DNA of 64,000 nucleotides from an uncultured Lentisphaeraceae bacterium (GTDB lineage Bacteria; Verrucomicrobiota; Kiritimatiellia; RFP12; DVOR01): NCBI GenBank assembly GCA_949288955.1, contig CASEMS010000015.1, positions 4,269 to 68,268 of the forward strand, read 5' to 3'. Shown piece by piece: positions 54,597 to 64,000 of this stretch (position 1 is its first letter; each line of letters starts with the position of its first letter). The notes under the pieces were generated by a model. It saw only the letters and a program-made list of their open reading frames with translations, ran no database searches and was not told where the DNA came from. The position numbers and the translations under genes were made by a program.

Positions 54597-54856
54597 ACTG
54601 ATCCACCAGAGACGACGGCAACGCGCCCGTGGCCTCCGCCCGCGAAGGTTGGTTCCAAGGAATGTCCGACCGCCTGGCCGCGATACTCTGGTTCACGCAC
54701 CCGCAAACCGCCATCGCCGCCAAACCCAAGAGCAACAACGTCGTTTTCATGCCCCCATTCTACCACATCCCCCACCCAGACGCCCCTCGAGTGGCTGTGG
54801 TGTTTTCCGCGGGAAATTGCACAGTGTAATGAACCGAGGCGAGGCACGCCCTCTGG

Positions 54857-54966
54857 AACGTCAGCGGCCGAGTCTGGGAGCGTCAGCGGCTGATCCACCT
54901 TGCATCAGCCGCTAAGTCTCGGAGCGTCGGCCGCCGAGGCGAGAAGACTTGGCGGCCGAGGCGGGT
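54857..54966. repeat. Five 22-bp-phased units (CGTCAGCGGCTGATCC / CATCAGCCGCTAAGTCTC / GGCGGCCGAGG types)
   Basis: Seen in the ribD / MBL divergent intergenic region. Confidence 0.75.
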
Positions 54967-54975
54967 GGGCGGGTG

Positions 54976-54984
54976 TGCTATAAT
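54976..54984 (+). promoter_or_regulatory. Extended -10 promoter TGCTATAAT directing a leaderless MBL hydrolase mRNA
   Basis: TGTGCTATAAT at 54974-54984. The ATG at 54992 lies 7 nt downstream and has no RBS. Confidence 0.5.
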
Positions 54985-54991
54985 GCGGGGT

Positions 54992-55783
54992 ATGAGAGTT
55001 TGCGTTTTGGCTTCCGGGAGCAAGGGCAACGCCACCTATGTGGAGGGTGGCGGGACGCGGGTGTTGATTGACGCGGGGCTTTCCTGCCGGGCGTTGGAGC
55101 AACGGCTGGGGGCAGCGGGGATCGAGGCGGAGGGGCTCGACGGCATCCTCGTCACCCACGAACACACCGACCATGTGGCGGGGTTGGAGCGCTTCGCCGC
55201 GCGGCACCAGGCGACGGTCTACGCCAACGAGGGGACCGCGGCGGTCGTCGAGCGGCAGTGCCGCCTGGCGGGGCGGAGGCCGCCGGACTTCGCGGTCTTC
55301 GAGTCGCGCGTGCCTTTCGCGTTGGGGGGGCTGACCGTAACAGGCGTGCGCGTCAGCCACGACACCGCCGAGCCGGTGGCCTACACGCTGGACGACGGCG
55401 CAGACCGCTTGGGCTACTTCACCGACCTGGGCTTCGTCTCGCGCGAGGTCGCCACCGCGTTGGTCGGTTGCACGGGTCTGGTGCTGGAATCGAACCACGA
55501 CCCGCAGATGCTCCGCGCCTCCGGCCGCCCTTTCGCGCTCATCGCCCGCATCGCCGGTGAGTCCGGCCACCTTTCCAACGACCAGGCCTGCGCCGCCCTC
55601 GCCGCGCACTGCCCGCCCACCCTCCGCCGCTTGGTCCTGGCACACCTCTCCGAGGAGTGCAACCAGCCTTCCGTGGCCCGCGCCATGGCGGCCCGCACCC
55701 TCCGCGACATCGGCCGGGACGACTTGGCCGCCTCCCTTCTCGTGGCCGAGCAGGCCCGCCCCACCCCACTCTTCGAGCTCTGA
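54992..55783 (+). CDS. MBL-fold metallo-hydrolase (YycJ/PhnP-like)
   Basis: MRVCVLASGSKGNATYVEGGGTRVLIDAGLS and the HxHxDH motif (THEHTDH). Confidence 0.8.
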   Translation: MRVCVLASGSKGNATYVEGGGTRVLIDAGLSCRALEQRLGAAGIEAEGLDGILVTHEHTDHVAGLERFAARHQATVYANEGTAAVVERQCRLAGRRPPDFAVFESRVPFALGGLTVTGVRVSHDTAEPVAYTLDDGADRLGYFTDLGFVSREVATALVGCTGLVLESNHDPQMLRASGRPFALIARIAGESGHLSNDQACAALAAHCPPTLRRLVLAHLSEECNQPSVARAMAARTLRDIGRDDLAASLLVAEQARPTPLFEL

Positions 55784-55789
55784 CCCCCC

Positions 55790-57430
55790 ATGCGCACCAC
55801 CCAAGACCTCCAAGCCTGCGTGGACGTGGCCCTCCGCCGCCGTCCCGCCGATCTCCTGATCCGCGGCGCACGCCTCTTCGACCTCGCCACCGGCGAGCTG
55901 GCGCACGCCAACCTCGCCCTGGCGGGCGACCGCATCGCCGCCGTCGGCGAAGGCTACGAGGGGCGCGAGACGCTCGACGCCCGCGGCCTCACCGCCGTCC
56001 CCGGCTTCGTCGACGCCCACTGCCACATCGAGTCCTCCCTCCTCACCCCCTACGAATGGGAGCGCCTCGTCCTGCCCCACGGCGTCACCGCCGCCGTCTG
56101 CGACCCGCACGAGCTGGCGAACGTGGCCGGGCGCGCGGCCATCGATTACTTCCGCGCCTGCGCGGCTGGGATGCTCCTGCGCCTCCAGGTGCAGATCCCC
56201 TCCTGCGTGCCCGCCCTGCCCAGCGAGGAGGCCGGCGCGCGCCTCCCCGCCGAGGCCATCGCCCCCTATGCCCGCGACGCCGCGTTGGCCGAGTTCATGA
56301 ACGTCCCCGGCGTCCTCGGCGGCGACCCCGACGCGTTGGCCAAGCTCGCCGCCTTCTCCGGACGCCCCATCGACGGCCACGCCCCCCTCGCCTCGGGCGA
56401 CGCGCTCAATGCCCTCTGCGCCGTCGGCATCGCCAACGACCACGAGACCTGCTCCGTCCCCGAGGCGCTGGAGAAGCTCCGCCGAGGCATGACCCTTCTC
56501 ATCCGCGCCGGGAGCGTGGCCAAGAACCTCGAAGCCCTCGCCCCCCTCCTCACCCTCACCCTCTGCGACCGCCTCTGCCTCTGCACCGACGACCGCGACC
56601 CCTTGGACGTCCGCGACGAGGGCCACCTCGACGCCGCCATCCGCGCCGCCATCGCCCAAGGGTGCGACCCGTTGGCCGTCTACCGCGCCGCCTGCCTCAC
56701 CCCCGCCCGCGCCTTCGGCTGGCGTGGCCGCGGACTCCTCGCCCCCGGCCACGCCGCCGACGTCGTCCTCCTCGAAGACCTCGCGGAATGCCGCGTGGCG
56801 CACGTGGTCTGCCGCGGCCGCGTGGTGGGCGAGGCCGCCTTCGCCGCCCGCCCCCCCGCGCCCGACGATGCCCCCTTCCGCGGCTCCGTCCGCTGCCGCC
56901 CCCTCACCCCCGCCGACTTCGCGTCGAGGCGCGCGGGCGGCCGCGCCATCGCCATCGCCGAGGGTACCCTCCTCACCCGCGACGTCCCCGCCGAAGGCGA
57001 CGGCCTGGCCTTGGCCGCGCTCGTCGAGCGCCACGGCGGCAGCGGGCGCGTCGGCCTGGCCTGGGCCAAAGGCTTCGGCCTCAAAGCCGGCGCACTGGCC
57101 TCCACCGTCGGCCACGACTCCCACAATCTCTGCGTCGTCGGCACGACCCCCGAGGACATGGCCGCCGCCGCCGAGGCCGTCCGCGCCGCGGGCGGCGGCT
57201 TTGCCGTCGCCGCCGGGGGCGTCTGCCGCGCCTGCCTGCCCCTGCCCATCGGCGGTCTGATGTCCGACCGCCCCGCCGCCGAGGTGGCCGACGCCCTCGC
57301 CGCCCTCCGCCGCGCCGCCCGTGAGGCCTCCGGCACCCCCCTCGCCAACCCCTTCCTCGCGCTCGCCTTCCTGCCGCTCCCCGTCATCCCGGAGGCGCGG
57401 CTCACCCTCGAGGGCTTCACCCACGTCTGA
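55790..57430 (+). CDS. ade: Adenine deaminase
   Basis: Amidohydrolase with the adenine-deaminase motif GFVDAHCHIESSLLTP, ~546 aa. Confidence 0.85.
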   Translation: MRTTQDLQACVDVALRRRPADLLIRGARLFDLATGELAHANLALAGDRIAAVGEGYEGRETLDARGLTAVPGFVDAHCHIESSLLTPYEWERLVLPHGVTAAVCDPHELANVAGRAAIDYFRACAAGMLLRLQVQIPSCVPALPSEEAGARLPAEAIAPYARDAALAEFMNVPGVLGGDPDALAKLAAFSGRPIDGHAPLASGDALNALCAVGIANDHETCSVPEALEKLRRGMTLLIRAGSVAKNLEALAPLLTLTLCDRLCLCTDDRDPLDVRDEGHLDAAIRAAIAQGCDPLAVYRAACLTPARAFGWRGRGLLAPGHAADVVLLEDLAECRVAHVVCRGRVVGEAAFAARPPAPDDAPFRGSVRCRPLTPADFASRRAGGRAIAIAEGTLLTRDVPAEGDGLALAALVERHGGSGRVGLAWAKGFGLKAGALASTVGHDSHNLCVVGTTPEDMAAAAEAVRAAGGGFAVAAGGVCRACLPLPIGGLMSDRPAAEVADALAALRRAAREASGTPLANPFLALAFLPLPVIPEARLTLEGFTHV

Positions 57431-57439
57431 GGAGACACC

Positions 57440-58621
57440 ATGCAACGACTCATCGCCCAAGACATCGCCCAGGCCATGGACAACGCCTCGTGGATCCGCC
57501 GGATGTTCGAGGCCGGCAACGAGCTCCGCAAGACCCTCGGCCCCGACAACGTCTTCGACTTCTCCCTCGGCAACCCCGACGTCCCCCCGCCCGCCAAGGC
57601 CCGCGACGTCCTCCGCGCCCTAGCCGACGACGCGGTCCGCCCCTGCGGCCTGGGCTACATGCCCAACGCCGGGCTCCCCGCCTTCCGCGACGCCCTCGCC
57701 GCCAAGCTCACCCGCGAGCAGGGCGTCCCCCTCGAAGGCCGCCACGTCATCGCCACCGTCGGCGCCGCCGGCGCGCTCGTTGCCTTCTTCCGCGCCACCC
57801 TCGAACGTGGCGACGAAGTCCTCGTCCCCGCCCCCTACTTCGTGGAATACGGCTTCTACTGCGGGCACTTCGGCGGCGTCCTCCGCCCCGTGCCTATGCG
57901 CGGCCCCGACTTCGCCCTCGACCCCGAGGCGCTCCTCGCCCAGGTCACCGACCGCACCCGCGCCATCCTCCTGAACTCCCCCAACAACCCCACCGGCGCC
58001 ATCTACGCCGAGCCAGCTCTCCGCGCCCTGGCCGACGCGGTGAACCGCCTCAACGCCACCCGTGCGCGCCCCCTCTTCCTCCTCTCCGACGAGCCCTACC
58101 GCGTCTTCGCCTTCGGCGCCGCCGTCCCCCCCTTCCTCCGCCTCAGCCCCTGGGCCGTCGTCCTCGGCTCCTTCTCCAAGAGCCTCTCCCTCGCCGGTGA
58201 GCGCATCGGCTACGTGGCCGTCAACCCCGCCCTCGACGGCGCCGACACCCTCCTGGCCGCCCTCACCCTCACCAACCGCACCCTCGGCTACGTCAACGCC
58301 CCCATCCTCGGCCAGCGCCTCGCCCTCGCCCTCCTCGACGAACAGGTCGACCTCGCCCTCTACGACGCCCGCCGCCAAGCCATGGCCGCCATGCTCGCCG
58401 AGGCCGGGCTCCGCTTCGCCATGCCCCAGGGAGCCTTCTACTTCTTCCCCGAGGCCCCCGGCGGCGACGACGTGGCCTACTGCCAGCGCCTCCTCCGCCA
58501 CGGCGCCATCGCCGTCCCCGGCCGCGGCTTCGGCATGGCCGGCCACATCCGCCTCTGCTGCGCCGTCCCCATGGACAGCATCCGCCGCGCCCTCCCCGCC
58601 TTCCAGGCCGCCCGCCCATAA
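57440..58621 (+). CDS. PLP-dependent aminotransferase, class I/II (aspartate aminotransferase family)
   Basis: PLP-lysine motif SFSKSLSLAGERIGY and an NPTG region. Confidence 0.85.
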   Translation: MQRLIAQDIAQAMDNASWIRRMFEAGNELRKTLGPDNVFDFSLGNPDVPPPAKARDVLRALADDAVRPCGLGYMPNAGLPAFRDALAAKLTREQGVPLEGRHVIATVGAAGALVAFFRATLERGDEVLVPAPYFVEYGFYCGHFGGVLRPVPMRGPDFALDPEALLAQVTDRTRAILLNSPNNPTGAIYAEPALRALADAVNRLNATRARPLFLLSDEPYRVFAFGAAVPPFLRLSPWAVVLGSFSKSLSLAGERIGYVAVNPALDGADTLLAALTLTNRTLGYVNAPILGQRLALALLDEQVDLALYDARRQAMAAMLAEAGLRFAMPQGAFYFFPEAPGGDDVAYCQRLLRHGAIAVPGRGFGMAGHIRLCCAVPMDSIRRALPAFQAARP

Positions 58622-58628
58622 ACGATTG

Positions 58629-58637
58629 TGCTATACT
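58629..58637 (+). promoter_or_regulatory. Extended -10 promoter TGCTATACT upstream of the toxin-antitoxin pair
   Basis: TGTGCTATACT at 58627-58637. A GGGAGG RBS and ATG 58663 follow. Confidence 0.45.
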
Positions 58638-58662
58638 CTGGGTGAACGGAAGGGAGGTCGCC

Positions 58663-58917
58663 ATGAACAAGACGCAACAAGACGCGCGCACCGCCATGTT
58701 GGAATGCCTGCGTAGCCACTACGGCCCACAACCTGTGGCGCGTCGTTCGCTTGCGGTCAGCCCCAACGGCGGGCTTCTCGTCGCCAACGACACCATCCGC
58801 GCCATCGAGCAGGCCCAGCGGGACTTCGCCGACGCGGCCGAACAACTCGGCGTGAGGGACGAGGATGACGTGCAGGCTCTCGTGGACGAGGTGCGCCACG
58901 GGAGGAAGTGGGCGTGA
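58663..58917 (+). CDS. Putative antitoxin of a VapBC-like type II toxin-antitoxin pair
   Basis: 84-aa ORF with a GGGAGG RBS, overlapping the start of the downstream PIN gene. No recognisable family. Confidence 0.5.
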   Translation: MNKTQQDARTAMLECLRSHYGPQPVARRSLAVSPNGGLLVANDTIRAIEQAQRDFADAAEQLGVRDEDDVQALVDEVRHGRKWA

Positions 58918-59309
58918 GGGTGTTGGTGGACACGAACGTCCTGGTCTCGACGTTCCTCTTCCCTCGCTCCAAGCCTGCCGTGGCCATCAGCCACATCGCC
59001 GTTTGCCATCAACTCTTCATCTGCGAGCAAACGGTCGCCGAGCTCGTGGATGTCCTGACGCGGAAGGCGGCACATCTGCTGCCGAAAGCCCGTGAGGTGT
59101 TGGAGCGGATGAGCTACGAACTTATCCCCGCGCTCGGCTTCATGGGCATCGCCATCCGAGATCTCTCCGACCAGCCCATCCTGAACGCGGCCATCGCCTA
59201 TAACATGGATGTCATCCTGACCGGAGACAAAGACTTCCTCGCGCTCCACCTCAGCCACCCACGTTGCCTGACTGCCGCGCAGTTCCTCGACCAAGAGGGG
59301 ATCGCCTAG
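58908..59309 (+). CDS. vapC: PIN-domain ribonuclease toxin (VapC-like)
   Basis: N-terminal VLVDTNVL with the first acidic residue, later D/E residues (ILTGDKDF), ~130 aa. GTG start overlapping the antitoxin stop. Confidence 0.75.
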   Translation: MGVRVLVDTNVLVSTFLFPRSKPAVAISHIAVCHQLFICEQTVAELVDVLTRKAAHLLPKAREVLERMSYELIPALGFMGIAIRDLSDQPILNAAIAYNMDVILTGDKDFLALHLSHPRCLTAAQFLDQEGIA

Positions 59310-59444
59310 CGCCATGCCCAAGCCTCCGCCCTGCCTTTCGCCCACCGCCGCCGCCACGCGACCTTCGCCAACGTGGTGCGTCTCTTGCCAAACACGCGCC
59401 ATGCGCACGCCCCCATGCCTCTCTCTGGCCCGGACAGGAGGGCT

Positions 59445-60671
59445 ATGCCCATGAGTGCGCGGCGCGATGCGATTTTCGCCCTAGGGCTGTGGCTGACGCG
59501 GGGCGACCGCCCCACCCAAGCGCTCCCGCCTGGGCCGGATCATGCCTTCGCCCTTGAATTGGTCGGGGCGGCGCTCCGTCACAAGGCCTCGCTGGAATGG
59601 GCGATTGGCCGGTGTTGCCGACCGCCCCGTGGGGAATTGCTCGCCGCGTTGCTCATTGGCGCGGCCCAACTCCTTGTCCTCCCCGGCGTGCCCGACCATG
59701 CGGCCATCGCCGAAACCGTGGAGGCCTGCAAGCCTATCGGCAAGGGGGCCGCACGGTTCGTCAACGCCGTCCTCCGCCGCCTCCAACGCGAACGCGAGAC
59801 GCTCCGAAACGCCCTTGCCGAGCAACCCGAGCACCTTCGCCTCAACCTCCCCAAGCCCCTCTGGACGCGGTGGCGCACCCACCTCGGCGCGGAACGCGCC
59901 CGCGCCATCGCCGAGGCCATCGCCCAACCCCCGCGCGTCAGCGTCCGCCCCCTCCCCCCCTTCCCTCCGCCATCGGGTTGCGAGCCGCACCCCGACGACC
60001 CCACCGGCACCCACCTCGTCCCCCACGGCGTCCGGATCGACGCATTGGAGGGCTACGCCGAGGGACGCTTCGTGGCGCAGGACGCCGCCACCCGCCACGC
60101 CATCGACCTCCTAGACCTCCGTCCCGGCCTGCGCGTCCTCGACGCCTGCGCCGCCCCCGGCGGCAAGACCGCCCAGATCGCCGCCCGCCTCGCCCCCTGG
60201 CCCGAAGGCTCCCGCCTCGTCGCCAACGAGCCCACCCCCGCCCGCGCCGAGACCCTCCGCGACACCCTCCGCCGCTGTGGGTTCCTCGACCGCGCCGAGA
60301 TCACGACGTTGGACGCCACCAAGCCCCCCGCGGACTGGCGCTTCGACCGCATTCTCCTCGACGCGCCCTGCTCCAACACCGGCGTCCTCGGCCGCCGCCC
60401 CGACGCCCGCTGGGCCTGGACGCCCAGCCGACTTGAGCGTGCCCGCCGCCTCCAAGGCACCCTTCTCGCGGCCCTCGCCCCCTGCCTCGCGCCCGACGGC
60501 ATCCTCGTCTACTCCACCTGCTCCATCGAACGGGAGGAGAACGAGGGCCAGCTTGCGGACTTCCTCCGCGCCCACCCCGGCTGGCGCGTCACGGAGACGC
60601 GGCAAACGCTGCCCACCCCCCTCCACGACGGAGCCTTCGCCGCCGCCCTGCGTCCCCCTGTCGGCGACTAA
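59445..60671 (+). CDS. rsmB: 16S rRNA m5C967 methyltransferase (NOL1/NOP2/Sun family)
   Basis: SAM-binding DACAAPGGKT, catalytic DAPCSNTGV and YSTCSIEREENE. Start at ATG 59445, which has an AGGAGG RBS. Confidence 0.85.
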   Translation: MPMSARRDAIFALGLWLTRGDRPTQALPPGPDHAFALELVGAALRHKASLEWAIGRCCRPPRGELLAALLIGAAQLLVLPGVPDHAAIAETVEACKPIGKGAARFVNAVLRRLQRERETLRNALAEQPEHLRLNLPKPLWTRWRTHLGAERARAIAEAIAQPPRVSVRPLPPFPPPSGCEPHPDDPTGTHLVPHGVRIDALEGYAEGRFVAQDAATRHAIDLLDLRPGLRVLDACAAPGGKTAQIAARLAPWPEGSRLVANEPTPARAETLRDTLRRCGFLDRAEITTLDATKPPADWRFDRILLDAPCSNTGVLGRRPDARWAWTPSRLERARRLQGTLLAALAPCLAPDGILVYSTCSIEREENEGQLADFLRAHPGWRVTETRQTLPTPLHDGAFAAALRPPVGD

Positions 60672-60739
60672 GCCAAAGGGAGGACGAGGCCACGCGCGCG
60701 CCACTCTGCGCGGAATGGCGGAACATACCGCCGCCGCTG

Positions 60740-60748
60740 TGCTATAAT
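60740..60748 (+). promoter_or_regulatory. Extended -10 promoter TGCTATAAT upstream of gpmI
   Basis: TGTGCTATAAT at 60738-60748. An AAAGGAA RBS and ATG 60777 follow. Confidence 0.5.
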
Positions 60749-60776
60749 GTGCGCGTTTTGAGAAAGGAACTCCGCC

Positions 60777-62336
60777 ATGGCCAACCGCCCTGTCTGCTTG
60801 ATCATCCGTGACGGCTGGGGGATGAACCCCCGGTTCGCGGGCAACTCCGTCTTCAGCGCCAAGACCCCTGTCATCGACCGTCTGCGCGCACGCTATCCTT
60901 GGTGCCGCATTGAGTGCTCCGGCGAGGAGGTCGGCCTGCCCGACGGCTACCAAGGCTCCTCCGAGGTGGGCCACCTGAACATGGGCGCCGGCCGCATCGT
61001 GGAGCAGGAGCTCAAGCGCATCGACGACGGCCTCAAGAGCGGCGAGCTCTTCAAGAGCCCGAAATGGGAGGCCCTCATCGCCAACTGGAAGGCGAACAAC
61101 TCCCAGCTCCACCTCATGGGCCTGCTCCAGGACGAGGGCGTCCACGCCCACCAAGAGCACCTCTTCAAGATCATGCGCCGCGCCCGCCAGGAGTTCCCCG
61201 AGGGGCGCATCGTCGTCCATCCTTTCCTCGACGGCCGCGACACGCCGCCCCGCTCCACCCTCGAATACCTCGCCAAGCTCCAGACCGTGATGGCCGAGGT
61301 GGGCGGCTGCGTCATCGGCACGGCGATGGGCCGCTACTACGCGATGGACCGCTCCAAGAACTGGGTGCTCACCTCCGAGGCCTTCGAGTGCCTCGTCAAC
61401 GCCACCGGCGCCAAGTTCGCCACCGTCGAGGAGGCCGTCCAAAAGGCTTACGACACCGAGAAGACCCCGGACGGCGACCCCATGACCGACGAGTACATCC
61501 CCTGCTCCGTCATCGGCGGCTACGCCGGCATCCAGGACGGCGACAGCGTGATGCACACCAACTACCGCCAGGATCGCGCCATCCAGCTCACCCAGGCCTT
61601 CGTCTGCGACGACTACGCCGGCTCCCGCACCCGCCGCCCCAAGATCGTCTACCTCGGTTTCACCCGCTACTGGGACGAGTTCAACGACTACCTCCTCGGC
61701 GCCATGGGCGGCGACGGCGCCATGGATATGCTCTTGGGCGAGGTCGTCTCCAAGGCCGGGCTCCGCCAGCTCCGCCTCGCCGAGACCCAGAAGTTCCGCC
61801 ACGTTACCAGCTTCTTCAACGGCAAGAGCACCAAGCCCTATCCCGGCGAGGATCAGGTGGAGGTCCCCAGCCGCTTCGACCCGGCCACCTTCGCCTCCCA
61901 CCCCGAAATGGAGGCCTACAACGTCACCGACGAGCTCCTCCGCCGCCTGGAGAACAACCCCTACGGTTTCATCGTCGTCAACTACGCCAACTGCGACATG
62001 GTCGGCCACACCGGCAACCTTGAGGCCGCCACCCGCGCCGTCGAGGTCGTCGACGAATGCATCGGCAAGGTTCTCCCCCGCCTGATGGCGCTCGACGCCC
62101 ACGTCCTCATCACCGCCGACCACGGCAACGCCGAGCAGATGATCGACTACGCCACCGGCATGCCCAAGACCTCCCACACCCTCAACAAGGTGGAGTGCAT
62201 CTACGTGGCCAAGGACGCCGACGCCCGCGCCATGCGCCCCGACGGCAAGCTCTCCGACATCGCCGTCACCTGCCTGGACCTCCTCGGCCTCGAGAAGCCC
62301 GCGCAGATGACCGCCGACAACCTCTTCGTCAAGTAA
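60777..62336 (+). CDS. gpmI: 2,3-bisphosphoglycerate-independent phosphoglycerate mutase
   Basis: iPGM N-terminus MANRPVCLIIRDGWG and the metal-binding regions. Confidence 0.95.
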   Translation: MANRPVCLIIRDGWGMNPRFAGNSVFSAKTPVIDRLRARYPWCRIECSGEEVGLPDGYQGSSEVGHLNMGAGRIVEQELKRIDDGLKSGELFKSPKWEALIANWKANNSQLHLMGLLQDEGVHAHQEHLFKIMRRARQEFPEGRIVVHPFLDGRDTPPRSTLEYLAKLQTVMAEVGGCVIGTAMGRYYAMDRSKNWVLTSEAFECLVNATGAKFATVEEAVQKAYDTEKTPDGDPMTDEYIPCSVIGGYAGIQDGDSVMHTNYRQDRAIQLTQAFVCDDYAGSRTRRPKIVYLGFTRYWDEFNDYLLGAMGGDGAMDMLLGEVVSKAGLRQLRLAETQKFRHVTSFFNGKSTKPYPGEDQVEVPSRFDPATFASHPEMEAYNVTDELLRRLENNPYGFIVVNYANCDMVGHTGNLEAATRAVEVVDECIGKVLPRLMALDAHVLITADHGNAEQMIDYATGMPKTSHTLNKVECIYVAKDADARAMRPDGKLSDIAVTCLDLLGLEKPAQMTADNLFVK

Positions 62337-62399
62337 GCGCCCCACCGGCGCACCGATGGGCGGGGCGCACGCCCCGCCCATCTTCGCAAAGGAACCCCC

Positions 62400-63479
62400 A
62401 TGGACAACGAATTCCTCGCGCGCATCGAGCGCCTCCAGGCGGCCATGGCCGCCAAAGGGATCGACGCCGCCTTCCTCTACACCCCCGTCAACCGCCTCTA
62501 CTTCACCGGGCTGCCCACCAGCAACGGCCTCCTCCTCGTCGAGCGCCAAGGCTCCCCCATCTTCTACACCGACTTCCGTTACCTCGAGGCCGCCCACCGC
62601 ACCCTCAAAGGCATGGACATCCGCAAGTTCAAGCCCGCCAAGGAGCAGCTCGCCGACTACGCCGCCATGGGCAAGGCCTGGAAGACCGTCGGCTACGAAG
62701 GCACCCTCACCGTCGCCCAGTTCCTCCCCCTCCAAGAGACCCTCTCCGGCGCCAAGATGGTCAGCGTCAGCGCCCTTGTCTCCGAGATCCGCGGCGTCAA
62801 ATCCCCCGCGGAGATCGACGCCATCCGCCGCTCCGCCGCCGCCAACGACGCCCTCCTGGCCGAGCTCATGGAGACATTCCGCCCCGGCATGAGCGAGCTT
62901 GAGATGCTCCGCCACTTCCGCATGGCAGAGGCCGCCCGCGGCCTCACCGAGTCCTTCGACCCCATCCTCTGCGCCGGCGTCAACGCCGTGGAATGCCACC
63001 ACCGCCCCGACGCCACCGTCCTCCAACCCAACTCCGAGCTCCTCATCGACATGGGCGTCGTCGTCGACGGTTACTGCTCCGACATGACCCGCACCCTCTT
63101 CTACGGCACCCCCACCGACCGCTTCAAGGAGATCTTCGCCATCGTCCTCGACGCCAACCGCGCCGTCCGCGAGGCCATCAAGCCCGGCCTCCGCTGCTGC
63201 GACATGGACAAGATCGCCCGCGACATCATCGAGAAGGCCGGCTACGGCGACTACTTCGACCACTCCCTCGGCCACAGCGTCGGCCTCGAGATCCACGAGG
63301 CCCCCAACCTCTCCAAGACCTGCGAGACGATCCTCCGCCCCGGCATGGTCGTCACCGACGAGCCCGGCATCTACATCCCCGGCCAGGTCGGCGTCCGCAT
63401 CGAAGATCTCCTCGTCGTCACCGAGACCGGCTGCGAGGTGCTCTCCCACACCCCCCACGAACTCATCCTCCCATGCTGA
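62400..63479 (+). CDS. M24 family Xaa-Pro aminopeptidase / dipeptidase
   Basis: Creatinase-like N-domain plus an M24 pita-bread domain with metal ligands ([15 protein letters not shown]). Confidence 0.85.
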   Translation: MDNEFLARIERLQAAMAAKGIDAAFLYTPVNRLYFTGLPTSNGLLLVERQGSPIFYTDFRYLEAAHRTLKGMDIRKFKPAKEQLADYAAMGKAWKTVGYEGTLTVAQFLPLQETLSGAKMVSVSALVSEIRGVKSPAEIDAIRRSAAANDALLAELMETFRPGMSELEMLRHFRMAEAARGLTESFDPILCAGVNAVECHHRPDATVLQPNSELLIDMGVVVDGYCSDMTRTLFYGTPTDRFKEIFAIVLDANRAVREAIKPGLRCCDMDKIARDIIEKAGYGDYFDHSLGHSVGLEIHEAPNLSKTCETILRPGMVVTDEPGIYIPGQVGVRIEDLLVVTETGCEVLSHTPHELILPC

Positions 63480-64000
63480 GCCAGCCCCCGAACCTCGAAC
63501 GCCTCGCCGCCCTCGTCCGCCAGATCCTCGTCGAACTCGGCGAGGATCCCGACCGCGAGGGACTCCTCAAGACCCCCGAGCGCGTCGCCAAAGCCTTCGC
63601 CGCCCTCACGCAAGGCTACCGCCAGACGCCCCGCGAGTTCCTCAACGGCGCCGTCTTCGAATCCGCCGCCAACAACATGGTCATCGTGCGCGACATCGAG
63701 GTCTACTCCCTCTGCGAGCACCACCTGCTGCCCTTCTACGGCCGCTGCCACGTCGGCTACATCGCCGCCGGCAAGGTCGTCGGCCTCAGCAAGATCGCCC
63801 GCATCGTCGATTGCTACGCCCGCCGCCTCCAGATCCAGGAGCGCCTCACCGAGGAGATCGCCCACGCCATCCAGGAGATCACCGGCGCCGAGGGCGTCGG
63901 CGTCGTCATGAGCTGCGCCCACCTCTGCATGATGATGCGCGGCGTCGAGAAGCAGAACGCCCTCACCGTAACCTCCTCCGTCCTCGGCTCCTTCCGCGAG
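63473..64000 (+). CDS. folE: GTP cyclohydrolase I (partial, runs off the window end)
   Basis: The ATG at 63473 overlaps the peptidase stop. Motifs [19 protein letters not shown] and HLCMMMRGV were read directly from the sequence. This gene is not in the supplied ORF track. Confidence 0.85.
   Translation, partial: MLSQPPNLERLAALVRQILVELGEDPDREGLLKTPERVAKAFAALTQGYRQTPREFLNGAVFESAANNMVIVRDIEVYSLCEHHLLPFYGRCHVGYIAAGKVVGLSKIARIVDCYARRLQIQERLTEEIAHAIQEITGAEGVGVVMSCAHLCMMMRGVEKQNALTVTSSVLGSFRE

Noticed and set aside
54629-54829. 66-aa plus-strand small ORF (and the 101-aa minus ORF at 54593-54898) in the ribD/MBL intergenic region
   Set aside because: No RBS and no similarity. The minus ORF begins inside repeat units (MDQPLTLPDSAAD...). 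The region is more likely a divergent promoter and repeat zone.

Overview
This is a ~70% GC bacterial chromosomal segment, probably from the Planctomycetes/Verrucomicrobia/Chlamydiae (PVC) superphylum; that lineage guess is inference from gene content only. It is densely coded and mostly core metabolism. It opens with pyruvate:ferredoxin oxidoreductase and class II fructose-bisphosphate aldolase. Next comes a nitrogen-assimilation block: a NifA-like GAF/sigma-54 activator, a stand-alone large glutamate synthase (probably ferredoxin-dependent), and a frameshifted type III glutamine synthetase fused into an operon with a PurF-like amidotransferase, carA, pyrG and carB. A horizontally acquired, lower-GC Type I restriction-modification locus (hsdM-hsdS-X-hsdR) follows, with an unknown membrane protein gene wedged between hsdS and hsdR. 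Downstream are a DUF1846 gene, lysS, tkt and two tandem secreted laminin-G-like (LamG) paralogs. Then come a PI-PLC-X/glucoamylase-like fusion protein, dut, hemL and a sigma-54 two-component system coupled to a secreted protein with eight CxxCxGxG motifs. The remainder holds murJ, lpxK, a second PurF-like gene lacking the catalytic cysteine, GH29 and GH43 hydrolases, ribD and an MBL-fold hydrolase. The window ends with adenine deaminase, an aminotransferase, a VapBC-like toxin-antitoxin pair, rsmB, gpmI, an M24 peptidase and a partial folE. Three non-coding signals stand out. First, a family of 22-bp-phased repeats with a palindromic TCAGC(C/G)GCTGA core at at least nine intergenic loci. Second, two inverted copies of a ~240-bp structured core flanked by those repeats. 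Third, a conserved extended -10 promoter (TGTGCTATAAT) that drives several leaderless genes. Two perfect-consensus sigma-54 promoters diverge toward gltB and glnN. Many long ORFs in the six-frame track are antisense artefacts of high GC content and are rejected.
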